Assembly: GCA_016744575.1 (NCBI GenBank)
Contig: JADGEC010000003.1
Span: 108 to 64,107, forward strand
Source: Sulfurimonadaceae bacterium
Lineage (GTDB): Bacteria; Campylobacterota; Campylobacteria; Campylobacterales; Sulfurimonadaceae
DNA length: 64,000 nt
Direction of reading: 5' to 3'
Part shown: one piece after another, positions 47,493 to 55,883 of the stretch
How positions within the stretch are numbered: position 1 is the stretch's first letter
Layout of the letters: each line of letters opens with the position of its first letter
The notes under the pieces: generated by a model
What the model was told of the DNA's origin: nothing
Database searches by the model: none
What the model saw: the letters and a program-made list of their open reading frames with translations, nothing else
Translations under genes and position numbers: made by a program

Positions 47493-47864
47493 TCGTTAAG
47501 TACCTCTTGCATTTTTACTTTTTAAATGGATGCGATCATCTCTTTGACAGAGATCAGGATTTCCCCGATAAGCGTATTCATCTGCTCATGATATGCTTCC
47601 ATCTTCTTGTAACGCTATTATGCCCAAATAGTTTCCTCTGGTCATAATAGTACTTTGAAAAATGGCGATCATTAGCTTTTTTATCACCATCTATAATATA
47701 TCTTGATGAATGGGAGTGATGAGCACTTTGTACTTTTCACACAAACTAATCAAAAGATGTAGAATTTGGTACTGATTTATGCCATGGATCCCTTAAACAT
47801 AGTAGACTATGACATCTAATGTGCACTTCTAATAACCCAAGATTATGATCAAGGTCTAAATAAT

Positions 47865-49109
47865 ATGGAAAGAATCTTACTTGTCGAAGATAACAGGTCT
47901 CTGGCAAAACTCCTGGCTAAAAAGATCACGTCAACACTTCCTTTTGAAGTCGATGTCGCTCATGATCTCAAAGAGGTCCGGCTTTTTATGCGCCAATACA
48001 GCTACTTCATGACACTGCTTGAGATAAGACTACCCGATGCTCCCAATGGAGAAGTCGTAGATATCGTACTCGAACAACACCTTCCCATCATCGTACTCAG
48101 TGGTAATACCGACAAGGCCTTTAGAAAAAGTATGCTGGAAAAAGACATCATCGACTATGTGGGCAAGATCGGCATAGAGGATATAGAGTTCATCCTCACG
48201 ACCATCGATCGTCTCTCAAAGAACCGGGGACACAAAGTCCTGATCGTCGATGACTCTATGACCTTTCGTAATCAGTTACAGAGGATGGTCAAGAAACTCT
48301 TCTTCCAGGTCTACGCCGTAGCCCACGGAGAAGAGGCTCTCAAGATGCTTGAAGAGCATCCCGATATCCAGATCGTACTCACAGACTATGCCATGCCTGT
48401 CATGGATGGACTTGAGCTGACAAAGGCCATACGCAAAGAGTTTCCAAAAAAACAGCTTAGCATCCTTGCTATCTCCTCTTCCAAAGATGATGAGACCTCT
48501 GCCAAGTTTTTAAAGAACGGTGCGACGGACTTCATCAAAAAACCTTTTAGTAAAGAGGAGTTCTCCTGTCGTCTGAACAATGCTATCGAAGCACTCGAAA
48601 ACATCAATGCCCTCACTGATCATGCCGACCGTGACTATCTGACCGGGCTCTATAACCGTAGCCACTTCTTCAAGAGTATGCCACACTACGTGACACGTGC
48701 CACGGAAGAGGGTGAGCCCTTTGCCATCGCTATGATCGACATCGATGACTTCCAGAGTATCCATGATACCTATGGACATCATATAGCTGACCAGCTCGTC
48801 GTATATCTCTCGGAACTCTTGCGTTCAAACACAAAAGAGGGAGATATGGTCGCACATTTTGATGGTGAGGAGTTCTGTCTGCTACTAAAAGCATGTCCAC
48901 CACAAAGGGCCACAGAGGTACTTGAGCGTCTGCGCAGTATAGCAAAGAGATCATTACTGCGTGTAGATAGTGGAGAGGAGCTCTCTTTCACGATCTCTAT
49001 CGGCGCAGTACTTGAACATCAGGACTCATTTGAGGAGAGTATCCATCAGGCTGACATGAGGCTCTATGCTGCTAAGAACAGTGGTCGCGACCATGTGGTA
49101 TCAGCATGA
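47865..49109 (+). CDS. response regulator with two receiver domains and a GGDEF domain (PleD-like architecture)
   Basis: REC1 has Glu at the phospho-acceptor position (LLEIRLPD). REC2 is canonical (VLTDYAMPVMDG). The GGDEF domain (LTGLYNR...) has the active-site motif DGEEF and KEGD in place of the RxxD I-site. Confidence 0.88.
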   Translation: MERILLVEDNRSLAKLLAKKITSTLPFEVDVAHDLKEVRLFMRQYSYFMTLLEIRLPDAPNGEVVDIVLEQHLPIIVLSGNTDKAFRKSMLEKDIIDYVGKIGIEDIEFILTTIDRLSKNRGHKVLIVDDSMTFRNQLQRMVKKLFFQVYAVAHGEEALKMLEEHPDIQIVLTDYAMPVMDGLELTKAIRKEFPKKQLSILAISSSKDDETSAKFLKNGATDFIKKPFSKEEFSCRLNNAIEALENINALTDHADRDYLTGLYNRSHFFKSMPHYVTRATEEGEPFAIAMIDIDDFQSIHDTYGHHIADQLVVYLSELLRSNTKEGDMVAHFDGEEFCLLLKACPPQRATEVLERLRSIAKRSLLRVDSGEELSFTISIGAVLEHQDSFEESIHQADMRLYAAKNSGRDHVVSA

Positions 49110-49912
49110 GGACAAAGATACTCCTTGCGATATTATCACTAAGTATCGCCTCACTCCAAGCAGCCTCCATCTCTGCTAGATACGATATCAGCTTCTCGAT
49201 CTTCGGAAAGATCGGTGAGGCTAATGTACGTTATGAGCATGATGCCCGTTTTTACTATATCTACGTCGATGCCGGACTCATAGGATCAGCTGCGTCCATG
49301 GCCAATAATCGTCGTGAGATACATGAGAGCTTTGGGATCATCAAAGAGGGTGTCCTTCTCCCGGAACTCTATAAGAAGACACGGACCTCCGATCATCGGT
49401 ATGAAGAGTCCTATTTTGTCCCTATGCCAGATAAGTCCATACAAAAGTTTCGTTTTCGTGAAGAGAACATCTACTCCAGCCACTTCGACTTCTCAAAGAT
49501 GCAGTATATCAAAGAGACAGAAGTAAAAAAAAGCCATTCTGTCAAAAGGCTCCCCTACCAAGCCGACAATGACCTGCTCTCACTCTTCTTCAATATCAAC
49601 TCTATCTTGGGCACCATCCCAGAGGGTAAGAGAAAAGTCGAACATGCTATCGGTGCCCGTAATGACAAAGGCGAGATCATCATCACCAATCCTACCGGGA
49701 AAAAGCGACGGGAGCTCGCTAAACTGATGCCAAATAACGAGAACAGGCTCATCACTGTCGTCGTCGATCAGGACATCTTTAAGAGCGGGCAGGGCGAACT
49801 CTATCTCAATCTGGATAAAGACCATCTCGCCATCGATGCCATGCTCACAGATGTGCTGCTCTTTGGTGATGTCAAAGGGAAAAGAGTCTGGATGGAAGGG
49901 TCACTTGACTAG
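49106..49912 (+). CDS. secreted hypothetical protein (possibly DUF3108-like), translationally coupled to the REC-REC-GGDEF gene
   Basis: Signal peptide ...SLQA-AS; ATGA overlap with the upstream gene; beta-rich sequence; family assignment is tentative. Confidence 0.5.
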   Translation: MRTKILLAILSLSIASLQAASISARYDISFSIFGKIGEANVRYEHDARFYYIYVDAGLIGSAASMANNRREIHESFGIIKEGVLLPELYKKTRTSDHRYEESYFVPMPDKSIQKFRFREENIYSSHFDFSKMQYIKETEVKKSHSVKRLPYQADNDLLSLFFNINSILGTIPEGKRKVEHAIGARNDKGEIIITNPTGKKRRELAKLMPNNENRLITVVVDQDIFKSGQGELYLNLDKDHLAIDAMLTDVLLFGDVKGKRVWMEGSLD

Positions 49913-49981
49913 ATATGTGAAATAGAAAGGGTAGCGGATAGGCTATAGTGTAAGATCTAGGATAATGGAGGTAGGGTATCG

Positions 49982-50104
49982 ATGGAACATAATACGACCA
50001 CACAGACTATCGTAAATATGTCACTTCTTCCTAATTTCCTACTTTGGCTAGGGATGTTCGGGATCCTTGCGACACTTTGGTATTTTCTGGAGTATAGACA
50101 CTAG
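49982..50104 (+). CDS. candidate 40-aa single-pass membrane peptide abutting lapG (not in the ORF track)
   Basis: GGAGG at 49967-49971, 10 nt before the ATG. Peptide is MEHNTTTQTIVNMSLLPNFLLWLGMFGILATLWYFLEYRH. Its TAG stop is immediately followed by the lapG-like ATG. Confidence 0.4.
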   Translation: MEHNTTTQTIVNMSLLPNFLLWLGMFGILATLWYFLEYRH

Positions 50105-50719
50105 ATGCGCATACTTATACTGGTCCTCTCCCTGGCATCGATGTTAAAAGCAGCCCCCTTTGCCAGTGATACTCTCTTGCAGAAAGCAGATGCAAAATAT
50201 GGTGCTTTTGCCAAAAACCGCTTTATCAATATGAACAAGACCCTCGAAGCACTGCAGGACAAAAGCAGACAAGAACAACTCGAAGGGGTCAACGATCTTT
50301 TTAATGCCGTACGTTATAACAGTGATATGAAGCTTTATGGAAAGAGTGACTACTGGGCAACACCCTGGGAGTTTCTCGGACGTGATGAGGGTGACTGCGA
50401 AGATTATGTGATCGCCAAGTATTTTGCCCTAAAGCATCTGGGTGTACCTTCCAAAAAACTCTACTTCTCTTATGTACGCTCTACGCGTTTTAAAGAACCC
50501 CATATGGTACTGACTTACTTTGAGACTCCCCAGACTGTCCCACTTGTCCTTGACAACATCAACTTCAGAGTCTTTCCCGCGACAAAACGTAAAGACCTTA
50601 TCCCTATCTACAACTTCAATGCGGATGTCCTCGAAGATGCTAAAGAAAAAAAAAACTTACCAAAGACCCATAAAAAGTGGGATCGACTCATTGAAAACAT
50701 CCAAAGGAACCGATTATGA
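50105..50719 (+). CDS. lapG: periplasmic transglutaminase-like cysteine protease (BTLCP / LapG family, peptidase C93)
   Basis: Signal peptide; DYWATPWEFL...GDCEDYVIAKYFALKHLGVP...PHMVLTY...PLVLDNI...DLIPIYNFN, containing the Cys-His-Asp catalytic context. Confidence 0.85.
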   Translation: MRILILVLSLASMLKAAPFASDTLLQKADAKYGAFAKNRFINMNKTLEALQDKSRQEQLEGVNDLFNAVRYNSDMKLYGKSDYWATPWEFLGRDEGDCEDYVIAKYFALKHLGVPSKKLYFSYVRSTRFKEPHMVLTYFETPQTVPLVLDNINFRVFPATKRKDLIPIYNFNADVLEDAKEKKNLPKTHKKWDRLIENIQRNRL

Positions 50720-52650
50720 CTCTTTTTAAGCAGATGGCTCTACTCACCTCCATGCTCCTTCTCCTACTGCTGGGGATCGTCATAGCCGTTACCTTCAGTA
50801 ATGCTACTGGTGCTCTGGAAGAACAGCTCTATGAAGATGCCCAGAACACCGCCTCATCACTCAGTCTCTCCCTCGGAAGTGCAAGTGGTAATGAGAGCGA
50901 TATGTCAACGATGATCAATGCCAACTTCGACAGCGGACACTACACCCGAATAGCCCTGTACGATATGGATAATATGATGATCTATGAACGAATAGGCGAA
51001 GACACAGACCATCAGACCCCGGAGTGGTTCATCCACATCATACCCATCACTCTTCCTGTCGCTTCGGTACAGGTCTCTGCCGGTTGGTCACCAATAGGTG
51101 TACTTCAGGTACAAAGCGACAGCAGCTATGCTTATGCCTCGCTCTACTCCCAGCTTATCAGACTTTCTGTACTCTTTTTCATCCTTGCCGCCATCGGACT
51201 CACACTTTTGTATTTTGCATTACACATCGTCTTGCGACCATTGACGAAGATCCAGCAGCAAGCTGAAGCGATCATGCAAAACGAATTCATACACCAAGAT
51301 GAGATACCCACTACTACGGAGTTCAAAGATGTCGTCCAGGCGATGAACTCTATGGTCATAAAGGTCCAGGATATTTTTGACAGAAGTGACAAAGCCATGC
51401 ATCACAACCATGAGCTTCTCTACAAAGACAGCCTGACAGGTCTGCATAACCGGCGTTATCTGATGATGCGCTTTCCCGAATACATCGGTGAGGAGACCGC
51501 CTACGAACACGGTACGTTGATGCTCTTTGCTTTTCATGGCGCACTCGAAGCCAATAAAGTCATCGGCCATCAAAACGTCGATGTGCTCTTTCACAAGATC
51601 GGCAAGATAGTCCAGAACAAAGGAAGACATATCGACGATAGTATCGCAGCAAGAGTCAATGGTACCGAGTTTATGTTACTTTTACCTGGCTGTCTCGGTA
51701 GTGAAGGCCTTCGAATAGCACTGCGTATCATCCGTGCCGTCCAGACTGTACTCCGAGATAAGGGTCTTGAAGATAAAGAGACGTTCAACATCACCGCTGG
51801 CGTCATGGGCTATGATCGGGATAAAGATATAGGTACCATCCTCTCAGGAGCTGACTACGCACTCTCTCAGGCAAACCATCTGACAGATGAGCAGATCTAT
51901 CTGGACAAAAACCACAAAAGCAGTACGGTAATGGGTAAAGAGGCTTGGAGGAATATCATCACTGACGCCCTGGAAGAGGACCGTTTCAGACTGGATTTTT
52001 GGCCTGTCTTCGATGCCCGCAGCAAAAAGGTATATCACAAAGAGATATCGTTCACACTGCTCGATGATGAGAAGAACCTTTACTCCTACGGAAAGTTCAT
52101 CGCACCAGTCATCACACTCGGACTGCTAGCAGAGGTCTATATGAACATCATCCGACAGATCTTGAATACCTCGGCTTCTAACGCCGGTTCATCACTCTGT
52201 TCACTCCGCCTGCCCTCAGATTTCTTCCATACTCCCAATATCACACTAGCACTCGAACCCCTTCTTGAAGCTCATGCAGATACGCTTTCTATTGAGCTGA
52301 TCTTTGGCATCCCCGAACGTTTTATCGCTACGAACATGGAGCTATCGAACAGTTTTATCGCACTCTTCAAGCGTTTTGGATTTGGAGTAGGTATCTATCA
52401 GTTCACCGGAGAGTCAGAAGAGTATAGTTATCTCAAAGCACTACGACCAGCCTATCTTAAAGCAGATGCCTCGTTTCTTCTCGATCAGGACCAGCAAAGC
52501 ATGTCATCCCTTCAGATCATCACTAATTCACTCGGCATAGAGCTTATCGCTACAGGGATAACGGAGACGGCAGAGCTTGAGCAGCTTGGAAAAGCACATA
52601 TCCATACCATTCAGGGTCCACTGGCTGAGAGCTACATCAAAGGCTCTTGA
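50716..52650 (+). CDS. lapD: LapD-like inner-membrane c-di-GMP receptor (LapD_MoxY_N periplasmic domain, HAMP, degenerate GGDEF, degenerate EAL)
   Basis: N-terminus MTLFKQMALL...TM...FDSGHYTRIALYD...PEWFIH...SAGWSPIG (Trp-loop context). GGDEF motif degenerated to NGTEF; EAL motif degenerated (KEIS). ATGA-type 4-nt overlap with lapG. Confidence 0.85.
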   Translation: MTLFKQMALLTSMLLLLLLGIVIAVTFSNATGALEEQLYEDAQNTASSLSLSLGSASGNESDMSTMINANFDSGHYTRIALYDMDNMMIYERIGEDTDHQTPEWFIHIIPITLPVASVQVSAGWSPIGVLQVQSDSSYAYASLYSQLIRLSVLFFILAAIGLTLLYFALHIVLRPLTKIQQQAEAIMQNEFIHQDEIPTTTEFKDVVQAMNSMVIKVQDIFDRSDKAMHHNHELLYKDSLTGLHNRRYLMMRFPEYIGEETAYEHGTLMLFAFHGALEANKVIGHQNVDVLFHKIGKIVQNKGRHIDDSIAARVNGTEFMLLLPGCLGSEGLRIALRIIRAVQTVLRDKGLEDKETFNITAGVMGYDRDKDIGTILSGADYALSQANHLTDEQIYLDKNHKSSTVMGKEAWRNIITDALEEDRFRLDFWPVFDARSKKVYHKEISFTLLDDEKNLYSYGKFIAPVITLGLLAEVYMNIIRQILNTSASNAGSSLCSLRLPSDFFHTPNITLALEPLLEAHADTLSIELIFGIPERFIATNMELSNSFIALFKRFGFGVGIYQFTGESEEYSYLKALRPAYLKADASFLLDQDQQSMSSLQIITNSLGIELIATGITETAELEQLGKAHIHTIQGPLAESYIKGS

Positions 52651-52659
52651 TAGAAGTCA

Positions 52660-53100
52660 TCACATACCGCGAGAGTTGAGACCTTTTTGAACGGCATCAT
52701 CAATATCTCGACGATACTTTGGATTTAACGTACTCAGACCCTTGTCAAATGAAAGGATATGCTCTTTAGAGGTATTTTGATGACGGCAGATAGCAAGGAT
52801 AAGTCCGGCATATCGCTTAAAATCAGGGTGAGGAGTCGTACCCAGTCTCTCTTTGATCTTACCATGATGATCGACGATCTCATCAAGCGCACTTTTAAGC
52901 TCCTCCGCACTACTCTTCTTCTCTTTGATAATAGCGGCAAGAACATCAAAAGAGCGCACTGCTTTTTTAGTCGTACCATTTTTTTGTACCGGAAGATCGG
53001 ACTTACGACCACTCGAACGCATCATGATAAACGCTGCTACCAGGACCAGTAAGATGATAAGTAAGACGACGACTACGATGATAAGTGCGGTTGCATCCAT
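52660..53100 (-). CDS. hypothetical single-pass membrane protein
   Basis: N-terminal TM segment (LIIVVVVLLIILLVLVAAFIMM) followed by a soluble, basic domain; no motif. Confidence 0.5.
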   Translation of the reverse strand: MDATALIIVVVVLLIILLVLVAAFIMMRSSGRKSDLPVQKNGTTKKAVRSFDVLAAIIKEKKSSAEELKSALDEIVDHHGKIKERLGTTPHPDFKRYAGLILAICRHQNTSKEHILSFDKGLSTLNPKYRRDIDDAVQKGLNSRGM

Positions 53101-53223
53101 ATGTATGTCCCAAAAGTTTTTTAAGATTGTAGCTAAAAATGAGATAGGAAGTTAAAATGTACGCAGATATGACACTTATGGCCAAGATGTCAGACCATAA
53201 GTAAAGATAAAGATCTCAGGATC

Positions 53224-53276
53224 GAAGGGATCCCTTCATATTAAGTGAGCTCTTCAAGCTCCTCTTTTAAGAGGAG
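53224..53276 (-). terminator. two hairpins downstream of the porin gene (CTCCTCT-ttta-AGAGGAG and the palindrome GAAGGGATCCCTTC)
   Basis: Perfect 7-bp stem at 53259-53276, 9 nt after the stop at 53285; second perfect 14-bp palindrome at 53224-53237; weak U tracts. Confidence 0.45.
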
Positions 53277-53284
53277 AGAAGGTC

Positions 53285-54562
53285 TTACCAGTGGACCTCG
53301 GCAGTGAGCATGTATGAGGCATAGTCATCATCACTTACATCTTTATTTGGATCTGTGAAAAGGACATTTCCAAGGAACTTGACGTTCTTACTGTACTGAT
53401 AACCTACACCAGCGATCATATAGTCACGCTCAAGATCACCATTGGCTTCTGTCGCATCTTTATCATCTTCTGCTGTCCATGTATCGTAACGACCAAGCAG
53501 CTCCCACTTATAGCCATCGGCAAAACGATAGGTACCATTGATAGAGAATCCCTGACCATTAAAATCACCGACTTGGTTCGTCGCTGATGCACCATCATTA
53601 TCTGCCATGACATACTGAGCCGCTATCAGGAACCTCGGTGTGTTGTAGACTGAGTGCAGACCGTAGATGCCGTATGTCTCCTCAGCGTTCTTTGTGTTCT
53701 CCATATTGTACTGGCCGAAGAACGATGCATCAAAGTAGTCATCTTTAAGAGGTTTACGCTTCTGATCACCATTACCCATGATAGCAGCAGTCGCACGCCA
53801 CTCCAGAGAGTTACCCTGACCACCCTCTTCGCCATGATAACCTTCACCATTGAACATACCTACCTCAGAAGTGAAATAAGGTGTCTTTGTCTTGAAGTTA
53901 AAACCAATATCTGCTGAGTTAGTCAGGTGAGCACTCTCACTGGCTTCGACATAGACCTTGGAGATAGAGCGGTACCACCAACCCTGATGCTCTTCATAGT
54001 CGATCCATGGACGGTGTACCTGACCAAGTTCGACGCCCGTAAAAGGGAGGACTTCGTTCAGATAGAGATATGCATACTTCAGACGTACTTCCCAGCTATT
54101 GTTGTCATGACCCGTCTCTTCTCCGGTATTTTGAAAAGTATCTAGCGTAACACGCATATAACTCTTCGGATCATCAAAGAGGTAGGCTTTTACCTGCAGG
54201 TAGTTTCGTCGAGTCTCAAACCCTGATGAACTATCCTTATACTTTGATACATCTCCACCATCACTATACTTGTATCCAAGATAGTGTGTACCGCTGAACT
54301 GGAGCTTACTCACTTTTGATTTTACAGGGACATAACCAGCTTTTGCATCATCTGCCTCTTTCTTGACAATAGCGGAATCTTGAGCCTGGTTCTCTTCATA
54401 GACACTTTTCGCATCGATGAAATCACCCATCTCTGTACGGCCTTCGCCCGCAGTAGTAAAGACTTGACCTGTAGTAGTGTCAGTATAAAGGGTCAGCGTG
54501 TTTGCAGTAACTGCACCACTCAATGCCAAGATAGCCATTGCAGATAGTGTTATTTTTCTCAT
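53285..54562 (-). CDS. outer-membrane porin, possibly phosphate-selective (OprO/OprP-like) by context
   Basis: Signal peptide ending AVTA, alternating beta-strand pattern rich in Tyr/Gly/Asp, aromatic C-terminus (...AEVHW); adjacent to ppk2 and Pi transporters. Family call rests mainly on context. Confidence 0.6.
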   Translation of the reverse strand: MRKITLSAMAILALSGAVTANTLTLYTDTTTGQVFTTAGEGRTEMGDFIDAKSVYEENQAQDSAIVKKEADDAKAGYVPVKSKVSKLQFSGTHYLGYKYSDGGDVSKYKDSSSGFETRRNYLQVKAYLFDDPKSYMRVTLDTFQNTGEETGHDNNSWEVRLKYAYLYLNEVLPFTGVELGQVHRPWIDYEEHQGWWYRSISKVYVEASESAHLTNSADIGFNFKTKTPYFTSEVGMFNGEGYHGEEGGQGNSLEWRATAAIMGNGDQKRKPLKDDYFDASFFGQYNMENTKNAEETYGIYGLHSVYNTPRFLIAAQYVMADNDGASATNQVGDFNGQGFSINGTYRFADGYKWELLGRYDTWTAEDDKDATEANGDLERDYMIAGVGYQYSKNVKFLGNVLFTDPNKDVSDDDYASYMLTAEVHW

Positions 54563-54673
54563 TTAATATTCTCCTGATTAATAGTGATGCCATTCTAAAG
54601 AAGTTTGATTACGGTTAGGTTACAATCGCTGCTTTGGTAGTACACCACTCAAGTATCGTGATCTTTTAAAAGA

Positions 54674-55510
54674 TCACTTTAGTGCAAATTTGAACATCTT
54701 TTCCATGGATATCGCTTCATCGCGTCCATAGACGATGATACTTCTGTCGACGACAATGTTCTCATCTTTGATCTTATCTGGATAATCGACAAAGTTCAGA
54801 ATATGTTTGATGGTATTGATCCGCGCTTTTTTCTTGTTATCACTTTTGACGATCGTCCAAGGTGCTGACTCTGTATGTGTTGCACTCAGCATAAGGAACT
54901 TCGCTAGTGAGTACTCGTCCCACAATCTCTGTGACTCTTTATCTACTGGAGAGAGTTTGTACTGTTTTAACGGATCTGTCTCTCTGGCTTTAAACCTTCT
55001 AGCTTGTTCATCTTTAGAGACTGAGAAGTAGAACTTAAAGAGTGTTATATCCTCATCGACGATCATCTGCTCAAAATCAGGGGCGTCTTTTAAGAACTTA
55101 TGGTGCTGTCTCTCCGTACAAAAGCCCATGACTGGTTCGACCATAGAACGGTTATACCAGCTTCTATCGAACAGTACGATCTCGCCGGCTGCTGGAAGAT
55201 GCGTCGCATATCGTTGAAAGTACCACTGTGTCATCTCTTTATCACTTGGTTTTTCCAGCGCAACTACTCTGGCACCACGTGGGTTAAGATGTTCAGTGAT
55301 CCGTTTGATCGTACCACCTTTACCCGCAGCATCACGTCCTTCAAAGATCATCAGGATCTTCAGTCCTTTAGCTTTTACATGGTTTTGAAACTTAAGAAGC
55401 TCTACTTGAAGTGCCGCTAACTCTTTCTCATACGCTACTGTCTCTTCTTTGATCCAGACCTGGACCTTACCTTTTTTCTTCACTTCGACATTATCTTTTT
55501 TATCTGACAT
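54674..55510 (-). CDS. ppk2: polyphosphate kinase 2 (single-domain PPK2)
   Basis: Walker A FEGRDAAGKGGTIKRI, FDRSWYNR, lid region; 278 aa. Confidence 0.92.
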   Translation of the reverse strand: MSDKKDNVEVKKKGKVQVWIKEETVAYEKELAALQVELLKFQNHVKAKGLKILMIFEGRDAAGKGGTIKRITEHLNPRGARVVALEKPSDKEMTQWYFQRYATHLPAAGEIVLFDRSWYNRSMVEPVMGFCTERQHHKFLKDAPDFEQMIVDEDITLFKFYFSVSKDEQARRFKARETDPLKQYKLSPVDKESQRLWDEYSLAKFLMLSATHTESAPWTIVKSDNKKKARINTIKHILNFVDYPDKIKDENIVVDRSIIVYGRDEAISMEKMFKFALK

Positions 55511-55634
55511 CTAACACCTTTTTATTAAGTTTTTTCTTTTTCTGTGTGACCTATTTTTGCTTATAAGTGTCTTTCAATACACCGAAAGATAATATACTAC
55601 CATCTATCTCAAAAGTCGCTTATCGACTATCACA

Positions 55635-55883
55635 TCATCTATTGTTGAATCTGTCCAGTCTCTTCTCGCCTTCTTTTATATGTAATGCGATAATATCCAG
55701 TTCTTCACTTAATGCTTTTTTTTCTTTTTTATCCAGCTTCTTACCTAATGCCTTCTGGATCTTCTCTCTCCTATCTTCGAGCTTTTTCAAAAGGGTCTTT
55801 ATTGACTTTTTCTTCCCTTTTTTCTTAAACTCATCCAAACCCAACGACTCTTTCACACTATCTATGAACTTTGCTATACTCAT
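55635..55883 (-). CDS. hypothetical Lys-rich coiled-coil protein (82 aa)
   Basis: 4-nt overlap with the stop of the Na/Pi cotransporter gene suggests translational coupling. The opposite-strand ORF 55567..55929 is low-complexity Ser/Phe/Leu and is judged to be its shadow. Confidence 0.45.
   Translation of the reverse strand: MSIAKFIDSVKESLGLDEFKKKGKKKSIKTLLKKLEDRREKIQKALGKKLDKKEKKALSEELDIIALHIKEGEKRLDRFNNR

Noticed and set aside
47523-47603. 26-aa minus-strand ORF (MEAYHEQMNTLIGEILISVKEMIASI) just upstream of ORF 47109..47492
   Set aside because: It has no RBS, is short, and is preceded by in-frame stops. It may be a remnant of a longer gene, but the evidence is insufficient.
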